Shown here one piece after another: positions 19,847-29,312 of a stretch of DNA of 64,000 nucleotides. Each line of letters opens with the position of its first letter. Position 1 is the stretch's first letter. The DNA comes from Fibrobacteria bacterium. GTDB lineage: Bacteria; Fibrobacterota; Fibrobacteria; UBA11236. Location: positions 32,001 to 96,000 of the forward strand of contig JAYTSD010000006.1 of assembly GCA_043745805.1 (NCBI GenBank), written 5' to 3'. The notes beneath the pieces are model-generated. The model saw only the letters and a program-made list of their open reading frames with translations. It was not told the DNA's origin and did not search any database. The translations under genes and the position numbers were made by a program.

Positions 19847-21088
19847 CTAATATTCTTTGGCTTCGGGAATAGGAACGATAAATTTTCCACCCCATTCACG
19901 GATGAAGGATAATTGTTGCATGATTTCTTCTTTTAAATTCCAAGCGCCAATAAAAATATAATCGGGTTTTGTTTCCATGATTTTTTCTGGACCGAAAACG
20001 GGAATACGTGAACCAGGAAGATATTTGCCTTGCTTGTAGGTATTGCGATCCGCCGTGAAATCAAGAAAGTCCGTGCGTATGGCACAGTAGTTAAGCAAGG
20101 TATTGGTTTTACCCGCAGCCCCGTAACCTGCAATAGTTTTACCTTCGCGCTTGACTTTGATTAAAAAATCCAATAATTTGCGTTTGGTTTCTTTCACCTT
20201 TTCAGCAAAGGAAAAATAATGAGGCAAGGATAATAAACCTTCGCGCTCTTCCAAAGTTTTCATGTCTACCACATTTTGCGTAACCGGTTTAGAGGTATCT
20301 TCTGTGTGACGGCCGTAAATACGAATGGATCCGCCATGCGTGGTTAATTCATCAACATCGAATAAAGTGATGCCATGATGCGCAAAAAATTTTTCTACTG
20401 TGCTAAAAGACAAATAGGAAAAATGTTCATGATAGATGGTATCAAATTGGTTACGCTGCATGAGACGTAATAAATGTGGGAATTCCATGGTGATCACGCC
20501 ATTTGATTTAAGCATAATTTTCATGCCGCCCACAAAGTCATGTAAATTCGGGACATGCGCTAATACATTATTGCCTAGCAGTAAATCTGCTTTACCATCC
20601 TGCGCTAATTCAGTAGCGGTTTGCACGCCAAAAAATTTTACAGTAGAAGGAATGCCTTTTTCAATTGCCACTTTAGCCACATTCGCCGCAGGTTCTACAC
20701 CTAAAACGGGCACGCCTTTTTGCACAAAGTATTGTAATAAATAACCATCATTGCTGGCAATTTCTACCACTTTACTGTGTTGGCCAATGCCAAATTTTTC
20801 CACCATTAAATCGGTATAATCTTTAGCATGTTTAAGCCATGTATCGGCAAAGGAAGAGAAGTAAGCGTACTCCGTAAAAATTTTATCGGGACTAACAAAC
20901 TCTTCAAGTTGTACGAGAAAACATTTTTCACAAACATAAGCATGCAAGGGATAAAAAGGCTCCATCTCGCCTAATTGTTCTGGGGCGATAATATTTTGAC
21001 ATAAGGGCGATAAGCCCAAGTCGGCAAAGGTATGCTGCAAAGGGGTTGCACAAAAACGACAGGTGGAAATATTTTTTACTTTAGTCAT
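19847..21088 (-). CDS. NDP-sugar C-methyltransferase (class I SAM, N-terminal Zn site)
   Basis: CRFC...CEKCFLVQL, EIASNDGYLL, NNVLAHVP, FDTIYHEHFSY, HGGSIR, GYGAAGK. Confidence 0.88.
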   Translation of the reverse strand: MTKVKNISTCRFCATPLQHTFADLGLSPLCQNIIAPEQLGEMEPFYPLHAYVCEKCFLVQLEEFVSPDKIFTEYAYFSSFADTWLKHAKDYTDLMVEKFGIGQHSKVVEIASNDGYLLQYFVQKGVPVLGVEPAANVAKVAIEKGIPSTVKFFGVQTATELAQDGKADLLLGNNVLAHVPNLHDFVGGMKIMLKSNGVITMEFPHLLRLMQRNQFDTIYHEHFSYLSFSTVEKFFAHHGITLFDVDELTTHGGSIRIYGRHTEDTSKPVTQNVVDMKTLEEREGLLSLPHYFSFAEKVKETKRKLLDFLIKVKREGKTIAGYGAAGKTNTLLNYCAIRTDFLDFTADRNTYKQGKYLPGSRIPVFGPEKIMETKPDYIFIGAWNLKEEIMQQLSFIREWGGKFIVPIPEAKEY

Positions 21089-21149
21089 ATAACTCTTTCG
21101 GATTTTGACTTTTTAGGAAGAAAAATAATTAATACGATTTGATAGTTTT

Positions 21150-22250
21150 TTAAGCTTGCAGAAATTTTTCTAATTCCGCAACGATACGTTCACTGGCATG
21201 GCCATCCCAACCTTGGGGTATTCCACCTTTTTTCCATTGCCCCGCAAAAATTCGATCCACGGCATTTTTAATTTTCTCAGGATCGGTTCCTACTACTTCG
21301 CTAGTACCGACTTCCACTGTAATGGGACGCTCGGTGTTTTCACGCATAGTAATACAAGGTATTCCTAATACCGTCGTTTCCTCTTGCAGGCCACCCGAAT
21401 CAGTGAGCGCGAATAAAGACGAATCATTTAATTTTAGCATTTGATGATAATTCAGCGGCTCGCAAATAATCACATTTTTCATGGCTTTTAAGCGCGGCAT
21501 GAAACCAAAAGTTTCTAGCATTTTCAAAGTGCGCGGATGTGCCGGAAAAACCAATTTTATTTTTTGTTGAATATAATCGAAGGCCCCAAGTAACCCGGCT
21601 AAAATTTCTTTATTGTCGACATTAGAAGGCCTATGCATTGTGAGAAAAGCATACTCTTTGGCTTGCACGCCTAGTTCAGTTAATAGGGTATTGTCTTTGG
21701 ATAATTTCACATTGTACAATAAGGTGTCTATCATCACATTGCCAGCAGCGTGAATTTGTTCTGCTTTTATACCCATATTCAAAAGATTATGTTCGGCATC
21801 CGGATCCGTGGTGAAAAATAAATCACAAATACTATCCGTCACTAATCGATTAATTTCTTCGGGCATTTGCATATCGAAGGAACGCAAGCCCGCTTCTACA
21901 TGCGCTACCGGAATCCATAATTTTTTCGCTACAATGGTGCAGGCCATGGTGGAGTTTACATCGCCCACCACCAAAACTAAATCCGGTTTTTGGCTTAAAC
22001 AAATTTTTTCGAAGGCGATCATGATTTTTCCGGTTTGTTCGCCATGACTTCCCGAGCCTACTTCTAAATCCACATCAGGTTTGGGAATATGCAATAAATC
22101 AAAAAATGATTTCGACATTTTCTCATCATAATGCTGTCCTGTATGGACCAAATAGGCTTGTAATTTACCTGACTTGTTTAATGCCGATATAATCGGGGCG
22201 ACTTTCATAAAGTTGGGACGAGCTCCACAAACAAGCATAACTTTTTTCAT
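21150..22250 (-). CDS. wecB: UDP-N-acetylglucosamine 2-epimerase (non-hydrolysing)
   Basis: GARPNFMK, HTGQHYD, VGDVNST, HVEAGLRS, MPEEINR, TDSGGLQEE, RENTERP, WDGHASERI. Confidence 0.93.
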   Translation of the reverse strand: MKKVMLVCGARPNFMKVAPIISALNKSGKLQAYLVHTGQHYDEKMSKSFFDLLHIPKPDVDLEVGSGSHGEQTGKIMIAFEKICLSQKPDLVLVVGDVNSTMACTIVAKKLWIPVAHVEAGLRSFDMQMPEEINRLVTDSICDLFFTTDPDAEHNLLNMGIKAEQIHAAGNVMIDTLLYNVKLSKDNTLLTELGVQAKEYAFLTMHRPSNVDNKEILAGLLGAFDYIQQKIKLVFPAHPRTLKMLETFGFMPRLKAMKNVIICEPLNYHQMLKLNDSSLFALTDSGGLQEETTVLGIPCITMRENTERPITVEVGTSEVVGTDPEKIKNAVDRIFAGQWKKGGIPQGWDGHASERIVAELEKFLQA

Positions 22251-22364
22251 CCGATGAAAATCCTTTAATTTCGTTTTTCAACTCCTAAAAATAGGTAATT
22301 CATGCTCAATATCCCTGCACTTAAAAACACAATTCTTACAACTTTTAAAATCTGTCGAAAGGGT

Positions 22365-23624
22365 TTACACCTCTTTAAATGCAGACCATCCAAAATGCCA
22401 AATCCAATTACCAATCCAAGCACCTAAAAGCGCAACAATCACTTCCGTAATATCAGGGAAACGTCCATCAATAAATCCTTGCGCTAATTCTAAGGGTAAA
22501 GCAATGCTGATGGCTAGTAAGGCGATACGCAGATCGGAGTTTTTTTGATTTGTCGTTTGTGAATAATTGAGTAAAAAACCTAAAGGCATATACAGAAAAA
22601 GAATATCGAAAAAATGGCTTAAACTATTAAAGTCGGTATTTTCATAATACGCAAAAAAAGGCAACCAATTAATGGACTGATATGCCAATCCAAAATGAAA
22701 GGGGTATAAAGCTAAGATCGCTGCTACAAAATAAGTGGCTAAAAATAACAAGAGTGCAATTCGATTTTTATTTAGTGGAATATACGATAGTAATAAGGCA
22801 GCAGTAATCCCTGAAATTGCAACGCATATATCTTGGAGGCTAAATCCGCGTGACTGGATAATTAATTGTGTGCATTCCAAACCGAATGCTAAAGCTGCAA
22901 TTAATAGGGTAGCGGTTAAGCGCGGCCAAACAAATTTTTTCTGTTGCAGAAAAGCTTGCAGGACAATAAAAAATAGACCGTAAAAAAACCAATCATTAAT
23001 TTTTTCAGACCATGATCCTTGGAATCCATGATGAAATTCATAAAGCACAAATTTTATTTTTTCTTTGAATAAACCAAAATCCAAACTAAAGTTAAAAGGC
23101 TGCCAAGCTTGGCCACAGAGCATTGCAAAGAGCCCGAATAAAGTGAAGCCCAGTCGAGTGGAAGTCCAAGCCTGCACATATTTATTTTCAACAATCCAAT
23201 CGCTAAAGGAAAAGGCACCGAGCCCTAATACAAAACCACAGGCGGTTCCTAAGGAGTTACTGATCACATCAAAATAGGATGACCATCTGTCCGTAGTAAA
23301 TAATTGTAAGCACTCGACACTAAAGCTTAAAGTCGCACCACTGCAAATTACGAGGAGTGCAGTAAGCAGTCGCGAAGCGATTAAGGTACTGGTAACACGT
23401 GATGCGAAATAACCAAAAGGCAAAAAGAAAATCACATTTTGTACAAAATCAAAAGTAGAAGCACCTCCGTTTGGAGTTCGGAAAGTATAGTGTAGGCCAT
23501 CAATTAATTGCGGCCAAAGTCCTCGCGTTTCAATCCGAAAATGGAAGGGAATTAATGTGGCATAGACAATAAAAAATACGGTTAGCCCTAAAAGGCTACG
23601 CCAAAAATGTTCTTTGTTTCGCAC
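22365..23624 (-). CDS. VanZ-repeat polytopic membrane protein
   Basis: Three VanZ-like units (PFHF...DFVQNVIFFLPFG; VECLQLF..DR; LECTQL..SR; LELAQGFIDGR.PDITEV). Confidence 0.75.
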   Translation of the reverse strand: MRNKEHFWRSLLGLTVFFIVYATLIPFHFRIETRGLWPQLIDGLHYTFRTPNGGASTFDFVQNVIFFLPFGYFASRVTSTLIASRLLTALLVICSGATLSFSVECLQLFTTDRWSSYFDVISNSLGTACGFVLGLGAFSFSDWIVENKYVQAWTSTRLGFTLFGLFAMLCGQAWQPFNFSLDFGLFKEKIKFVLYEFHHGFQGSWSEKINDWFFYGLFFIVLQAFLQQKKFVWPRLTATLLIAALAFGLECTQLIIQSRGFSLQDICVAISGITAALLLSYIPLNKNRIALLLFLATYFVAAILALYPFHFGLAYQSINWLPFFAYYENTDFNSLSHFFDILFLYMPLGFLLNYSQTTNQKNSDLRIALLAISIALPLELAQGFIDGRFPDITEVIVALLGAWIGNWIWHFGWSAFKEV

Positions 23625-24298
23625 TAGCGATTAAATAAAAAATAAAGCGTTGCGACAGACGCACCAATGGTGACTATTTGTGCCACCGTAGTTAGAGTTT
23701 CCTTAAACCAATACCAACCGTTCTTTTCATCGGGTATGGGGATGATAAAAATATCTCCCGAATGAATGCCCACTTTAGCTAGAGTAGTTCCCTTGGAAAA
23801 CTCTTCCAAAGTGCTGATATGTAAATCTTTGGTTCCCCGTAATACTTTCATTTTTTCAATATTTATTTCACCATTGGGACCACCAGAAATATATATCGCA
23901 TCCCATAAAACATGGGTAGTGGGAATATAGTACATGCCGGGCTTTTTCCAAAAACCAACTAAGGTAATACGTAATGCCGGAAGGGCTTGGATATGGGTAT
24001 CTTTTAAATAATCGGAAAGCTTGCTGGCTAAATACCCTTCTAATTCCTTACGGGTTTTGTCGCCCACAATAACTTTCCCTAAAACCGGAAAATCCACAAT
24101 CCCCTGTTTATCGATGGCATATCCCCCATTGATAAATGCCGAACTATCGAGAGGAACATGAATGAGTATGGCTTCGCCAGGAATAAAACGCTCTGTCACC
24201 TCGCTCAAGGAATCCTGCGCCTGTAAATTTATAGGTAATAGAGCCAGAAGCATTAGGCACCAGCAAGCATAAAAGTAGGGTGAAATTTTCACACGCAT
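23624..24298 (-). CDS. Polysaccharide export protein (short Wza/SLBB type)
   Basis: Signal peptide, IDKQGIVDFPVLGKV, GFWKKPGMYY, DAIYISGG, HSGDIFIIP, C-terminal hydrophobic helix. Confidence 0.75.
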   Translation of the reverse strand: MRVKISPYFYACWCLMLLALLPINLQAQDSLSEVTERFIPGEAILIHVPLDSSAFINGGYAIDKQGIVDFPVLGKVIVGDKTRKELEGYLASKLSDYLKDTHIQALPALRITLVGFWKKPGMYYIPTTHVLWDAIYISGGPNGEINIEKMKVLRGTKDLHISTLEEFSKGTTLAKVGIHSGDIFIIPIPDEKNGWYWFKETLTTVAQIVTIGASVATLYFLFNR

Positions 24299-24449
24299 TT
24301 AGTCTCCTAATCCCCGTGGAGTGAAAGGCAAAAGTATAAATTTTAAACCAATGCCCCAATGTAAATGGCTGGCGCAAAAGCGAGGTTAAATTATATTTGC
24401 CACTTTGTTGGGAATTGAGAGCCTATGCCAATAAAAATGAAGGTGAAAC

Positions 24450-25493
24450 TTGCTTAAAACTTGGACGAATAATAATCCGCTCAGTGAGTCAGAAAAATTG
24501 ACTTGGGATAATTTTGTTTTGCGGGATCATGCCGAAGGAACTTTATTTCAAAGTCAAGTTTGGCAAAAAGTTTTGCAACAAACCTATGGCCTTGCTTACT
24601 TTCAGCTTGCAGAAATTCGCGATGAAAAAATAGTGGGTGTGGTAAGTCTCTACTTATTGCGATCGCTCACCGGCGGGAAAAATTTATATGCCTTACCTTA
24701 CACGGTATATGGTGGTATATTAGCCAATGATAAAGAGTCCGCGCAAATATTACATAATGCCGCCATGGTGATTGCCCAAAGTGAAAAAGCGGGCATGGTG
24801 CATTTACGCAATACGGTGCCAAGCGGTTTAGATTTACCGACCACCAACTTGCATGTGCATTTTATTAAAACCTTGGACGCTACTGAAGACGCTTGCTTAA
24901 ATGCTATTCCCCGAAAATCGCGCGCCACTATTCGTAATGCGATGCAAAAATTCAAATTGTCGTATTCCATTAGCCGGGATTATGATTTATTATGGGAATT
25001 ACATGCTGCGAATTTAAAAAAATTAGGCTCTCCGGTTTTCCCTAAAAAATATTTCCGTAATATTATGGAAATTCTTGGCGATCAAGTCGATATACTCTTT
25101 GTGAATTATGAAGGCAAAGCGATTGCGGGCGTGATGACTTTTTATTATAAAGATGTTTGTAACCCTTATTTCTCAGGCTCTTTTGCCGAATATAATTTCA
25201 CCGGCGCAAATAATTACATGTATTATGCGCTCATGTGCCATGCTTTAAAGCGTGGGTACAAGCGTTATGATTTTGGTAAAAGTCGACGTGATACCGGACC
25301 TTATCAATTCAAATGCAATATGGGTTTTGAACCCACCACTTTGCCCTATCAATTTATTTTTAATACCGAAAAACATATTCCTAATCTTAATCCTTCGAAT
25401 CCCAAATTGGCATTGTTTATTAAGCTTTGGTCGAAGCAGCCGCTATGGACTTCAAAAATTCTCGGCTCTTATTTGAATCGATTTTTTCCGTGA
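24450..25493 (+). CDS. FemAB-related GNAT protein, PEP-CTERM-system-associated type
   Basis: WDNFV, TLFQ..W, LP..VYGG, PRKSRATIR, LGSPVFPKKYF, YDFGKSRRDTGPYQFK, NLNPSNPK. Confidence 0.85.
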   Translation: MLKTWTNNNPLSESEKLTWDNFVLRDHAEGTLFQSQVWQKVLQQTYGLAYFQLAEIRDEKIVGVVSLYLLRSLTGGKNLYALPYTVYGGILANDKESAQILHNAAMVIAQSEKAGMVHLRNTVPSGLDLPTTNLHVHFIKTLDATEDACLNAIPRKSRATIRNAMQKFKLSYSISRDYDLLWELHAANLKKLGSPVFPKKYFRNIMEILGDQVDILFVNYEGKAIAGVMTFYYKDVCNPYFSGSFAEYNFTGANNYMYYALMCHALKRGYKRYDFGKSRRDTGPYQFKCNMGFEPTTLPYQFIFNTEKHIPNLNPSNPKLALFIKLWSKQPLWTSKILGSYLNRFFP

Positions 25494-26662
25494 AATTACT
25501 TTTTCTCGCGCATCGGTTACCTTATCCGCCTAATAAAGGCGATAAGATCCGCTCCTATAATGAGTTACTCTTTTTAGCCAAACATTTTGAAGTCGATGTT
25601 TTGGGATTTATTGATAGTCGTGAGGATGCACAATATTTACCTGTTTTACAAAAGTTTTGTAAAAGTGCCGAAGCCTTATACCGCAATCGCTGGCATTGGT
25701 TCTGGCGTTTATGCATGGGTTTTTTAAAAGGACAATCGTTATCGGTTTCACTTTATTATCATGGTGGCATGGCGCAAAAAGTGAAAACTTTAGTACAAAA
25801 AAATCACTATGATCACATTTTTGTTTTTTCCGGTCAAATGGCGCAATATGTAAAAGGCCATGAAAACAAAACCGTATTGGATTTTTGTGATGTGGATTCG
25901 CATAAATGGGATAATTATGCGGAGAAGTTACCGGCTTATAAAGCTTGGTTTTTTCGTTTAGAAGCAAAGCGTCTTTTGGTTTTTGAAAGTGCGTATGCGA
26001 AGCGTTTAAAGCACAGTTTATTTATTACGGATGCAGAGCGCGCTATTTTTTTAAGTCTAGGTGGCAAAGGTCAAATTGGGGTTTTACCCAATGGCGTGGA
26101 CACTGATTTTTTTCAGTCTCAAAAAGAAAATCATGTGAATGGCCGTATCCTTTTTACCGGTGCCATGGATTATTTTCCGAATGAGGAAGGCATGTTATGG
26201 TTTGTTCGCGAAGTATGGGACTCTTTGTATAAACTTTTTCCCACCGCTCAATTGATTATTGCGGGAAGCAATCCTACTGCTAAGTTACAAGCCTTAGCGA
26301 ATAAGCCGGGCATTGAAGTTACGGGTTACTTGCAGGATATGCGCGCCGAACAAGTGAAGGCGCATATTGTAATTGTGCCTTTGCGCATTGCTCGCGGTAT
26401 GCAAAACAAGGTACTCGAAGCCATGGCCTGCGGTAAGGCTGTGATAGCGACACAAAAAGCTTTGGGCGGCATTCATCCGGAAAATGGTAAGCATTTGTTG
26501 ATCGCTAATACGCCGCAAGAATTTTTAACCTCACTGATCGAACTTTTAGATAATCCCGCAAGGGTAACCTCCCTGGGACTAGCTGCAAGGGCGCATATGG
26601 TGGATAATTTTAGTTGGGAAAAGCATTTGAATAAAAGTTTGTTGCCTTTGTTTTCGTTGTAA
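25490..26662 (+). CDS. GT4 glycosyltransferase, PEP-CTERM/EpsH1-associated type
   Basis: HRLPYPPNKGDKIRS, DFCDVDSHKW, NGVD, FTGAMDYFPN, PLRIARGMQNKVLEAMA; GTG start in GTGA overlap. Confidence 0.88.
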   Translation: MKLLFLAHRLPYPPNKGDKIRSYNELLFLAKHFEVDVLGFIDSREDAQYLPVLQKFCKSAEALYRNRWHWFWRLCMGFLKGQSLSVSLYYHGGMAQKVKTLVQKNHYDHIFVFSGQMAQYVKGHENKTVLDFCDVDSHKWDNYAEKLPAYKAWFFRLEAKRLLVFESAYAKRLKHSLFITDAERAIFLSLGGKGQIGVLPNGVDTDFFQSQKENHVNGRILFTGAMDYFPNEEGMLWFVREVWDSLYKLFPTAQLIIAGSNPTAKLQALANKPGIEVTGYLQDMRAEQVKAHIVIVPLRIARGMQNKVLEAMACGKAVIATQKALGGIHPENGKHLLIANTPQEFLTSLIELLDNPARVTSLGLAARAHMVDNFSWEKHLNKSLLPLFSL

Positions 26663-26673
26663 TTTGCGTTTTG

Positions 26674-26705
26674 TCGTAGGGGCACAAAATTTTGTGCCCC
26701 TACGA
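26674..26705. repeat. GTAG-type REP-like palindrome, copy 1
   Basis: Perfect 32-bp palindrome TCGTAGGGGCACAAAATTTTGTGCCCCTACGA. Confidence 0.8.
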
Positions 26706-26751
26706 AGTGTTACCTATTGAAGAACACATTTTTTAAACTTAGCTTTGGAAA

Positions 26752-27735
26752 ATGCTCGCAAAATTTATGACAAATTTTATTTGGCCATCGACCCAATATT
26801 TTCAGATTATACTGGTATTATCTTTGCTGTTTGGTTTCAATCAAACTGTTATTGCGCAAGTTACATATTCAGGGACACTATTAGAAGAATCAATAAATAG
26901 CGAGCAATTTCAAGCGCCGTGGGATGGTCCAGGTTCTGCAATGTTCAATCCAGCCACAATTGCGGAAACTAAAGTTTTCGAATTATCCGCAAGCCGTTTC
27001 AGTTCTCTTTCAGGAAAAACCCCTAGTAAAGTCTATATGGGGGCCGTTAATGTTTATCAAGGTTTATGTATTGGTTTAGGGTGGTTTGAATCAATTTCAC
27101 AAACAGACGGCTCCTCTTTCAGTTATCTGAAATCTATATTTTCTTCTAGAATTGTTTATAGTTGGAATAATTTTGCAGGTTCAGGTTCTGCTTTTGATTT
27201 CGGTTTAGCTTACAAAGTTGTAACCCTAGATCCATTTGGGATTGTGCAAAATAAAATTGGAAGTAATGATTTGGGAATTCATATTTTGTGACCATCCTTG
27301 CCGAATAAGCTGGGTAGTCTACACACAGGATTGGCATTCAATGATTTGTTTAGCACACAAGCAGAAACTTTGATTGGGTCGAAATATTCTCTTGAATGGA
27401 ATAGTGAATTGTCATTATTATTGAAGGATTTTTATGATAGGGTAGATTTTTTTGCAAGTTTTGCATTCCTTGATCCATTCTATTCTAAGGATGCTCTTAA
27501 TCCCGATCGGCATTATTTGAAATCCTTTGGAGTAGAAATACGCCCTATACCGCTATTTGGCTTGAAGCTAGAGCGTACTTGGCGTGGTTACTGGACTTTA
27601 GGTACAATTGGCCGTAAAGTGATTAATGATAAATACAAAATTGGGGCAGAAATTAATTTATCACATGACAGCTTTCACAAACCGGATCAAGGACGGGGTT
27701 TTCTTATATCCCTTGGGCTGAATTTGGGAATGTAA
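26752..27735 (+). pseudogene. Probable outer-membrane beta-barrel (PorV-like) gene interrupted by one in-frame TGA at 27289-27291
   Basis: ORFs 26752..27291 and 27298..27735 are in the same frame, separated only by TGA CCA TCC; signal peptide, SAMFNPA motif, alternating beta-strand pattern, C-terminus ISLGLNLGM. Confidence 0.65.
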
Positions 27736-27809
27736 CTTCCAAGGCACTGGGCGGTATCGATGCCGTGTCGTGACAAACATTTAAATCAAAAATTGTTGCC
27801 GTTGTTTGA

Positions 27810-27847
27810 TAATTGTAGGGGCACAAGATTTTGTGCCCCTACAATTA
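27810..27847. repeat. GTAG-type REP-like palindrome, copy 2
   Basis: 38-bp palindrome TAATTGTAGGGGCACAAGATTTTGTGCCCCTACAATTA with one central mismatch; core shared with 26674-26705. Confidence 0.8.
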
Positions 27848-27857
27848 ATGGCATACC

Positions 27858-28424
27858 TCATTTTGAAAATTTGCTAATCGGTATTACCACACTTAATGCT
27901 TCGGCTTCATCGTTTCCCGTATTGCGATAAGAATGTGGTTCATCGCCAGGAAAAGCCACCAAATGCCTTTCCTTCACCACAAAAGATTCTCCTGCAACCG
28001 TTACGGTAACTTCACCTGACAATACAAAAAGATATTCTTTCGTTCCATGTAAATGTGGATGCCCTGCAAATGAAGCTTTCGCTTGAATATGCATATTGTC
28101 GATTTCAATACCTTGTAGACGATCGGGTAAAACTTTAATAATGGATGCCTTGCCCGCGCCGCGTTTTTGAATTTGAAAATCTGAAGGTTGATAGACTTGT
28201 GTACGGCTACGCGGTTGATTAAGTAATTCATCAACGCCCACATGCAAGGCTTCGGCAATTTTAATGAGCACATGTAAAGAGGGGTTGCCGCCACCCGATT
28301 CCAAATAGGTAATAGTAGAGCGAGGGATTTTTGAATATTCGGCTAAATCTTTTTGTGACCAGCCGCGTTTTTTGCGTAATTCCAAAACATTTTTGGCTAA
28401 GTGTACAGAGATATCATTTTGCAT
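27858..28424 (-). CDS. XRE-family HTH plus cupin transcriptional regulator (SutR/PuuR-like)
   Basis: LRKKRGWSQKDLAE...STITYLESGGGNPSL; cupin HPHLHGTKEYLFVLSG...GDEPHSYRN; likely ATG at 28424. Confidence 0.88.
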   Translation of the reverse strand: MQNDISVHLAKNVLELRKKRGWSQKDLAEYSKIPRSTITYLESGGGNPSLHVLIKIAEALHVGVDELLNQPRSRTQVYQPSDFQIQKRGAGKASIIKVLPDRLQGIEIDNMHIQAKASFAGHPHLHGTKEYLFVLSGEVTVTVAGESFVVKERHLVAFPGDEPHSYRNTGNDEAEALSVVIPISKFSK

Positions 28425-28487
28425 TTTCGCCTCGACTTGGGCGGAGGACCGCCGCATTTTTGAGCAATATTATCAATAGCTTAACAT

Positions 28488-28515
28488 TTGGCTAATACAT
28501 TAGCATTTTAGCCAA
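28488..28515. promoter_or_regulatory. Nested inverted repeats, probable operator of the XRE regulator
   Basis: TTGGCTAA-N12-TTAGCCAA (28488-28515) enclosing GCTAAT-AC-ATTAGC (28491-28504), between divergent genes. Confidence 0.5.
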
Positions 28516-28590
28516 TGAAGGTACAAAGGTTACCGAGAATAGTTAATATTCTTCGCTGGATAGTTTTGGTTTTTTTTTAAAGGAGTCATA

Positions 28591-29286
28591 ATGAATAATT
28601 GGGCATTATTTAGCCAAGAAGGTTTTCTCTTCTTGTTACGTTGGGGCCATTTTATTTTCGGTATAGCATGGATTGGAATTCTTTGGTATTTCAATTTTAT
28701 GCAAGGCGGCTTCATGAACGAAGTGGAAGCGGATATCAAAAAGGCCGTGAATCAAAAATTAGCGCCGCGTACGCTTTGGTATTTTCGTTGGGGCGCCATG
28801 GGTACGGTCTTAACAGGTTGGACCATTATTTTTATGCGCATTTCTCAAGGGGGAATGGAATTGTTCAGCACTTCTTGGGGTGTTACTATTACCACCGGTG
28901 CTGCTTTGGGTACCTTAATGTGGTTTAATGTCTGGTTTGTGATATGGCCTCGTCAGAAAAAAATCATTGCTGCGGCAAATGGTGAAAAAATTGACAATGT
29001 GCCGGTTTTAGCGCGTCGTGCTTTCTTGGCTTCACGTACTAACACTTTACTTTCCGTACCTTTATTGTTTTTCATGGCAGCCGCTAGCCATTTGCCTATA
29101 CAAATTGAAAATCCTCGCTGGACTTGGGCGGTATTGATTGGCGTGCTTTTGGTATTATTGGAAATCAATGCGCTTAAGGCTGATAAAGGTCCAACCACCA
29201 AGCCTATTGAAAAAGTAAGCAGCGTCATTCATTATGGCCTTTTGCTTACAGTTATTCTTTATGTCGCTTTGGAAGTACTTTTATAG
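28591..29286 (+). CDS. Urate-oxidase N-terminal-domain (PuuD-like) membrane protein
   Basis: LLRWGHFIFGIAWIGILWYFNF, LWYFRWGA, GTLMWFNVWFVIWPRQKK, ASRTNTLLSVPLLFFMAAASH. Confidence 0.75.
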   Translation: MNNWALFSQEGFLFLLRWGHFIFGIAWIGILWYFNFMQGGFMNEVEADIKKAVNQKLAPRTLWYFRWGAMGTVLTGWTIIFMRISQGGMELFSTSWGVTITTGAALGTLMWFNVWFVIWPRQKKIIAAANGEKIDNVPVLARRAFLASRTNTLLSVPLLFFMAAASHLPIQIENPRWTWAVLIGVLLVLLEINALKADKGPTTKPIEKVSSVIHYGLLLTVILYVALEVLL

Positions 29287-29312
29287 TTCAAATTTCTTCA
29301 AAGGAAACAACT

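Noticed and set aside
24299-24449. Sigma-54/PrsR promoter in the divergent EPS intergenic region
   Set aside because: TGGC tetramers are present but none has TTGC at the correct spacing
27289-27291. TGA recoding (genetic code 4/25 or selenocysteine)
   Set aside because: Other genes end at TGA at natural family ends (25491-25493, 43244-43246, 60877-60879); no redox-Cys context or clear SECIS hairpin
26674-27847. Integron cassette with attC sites, or IS element
   Set aside because: Palindromes are short and near-perfect, without the R/L box and extrahelical-base layout of attC; no integrase or transposase present
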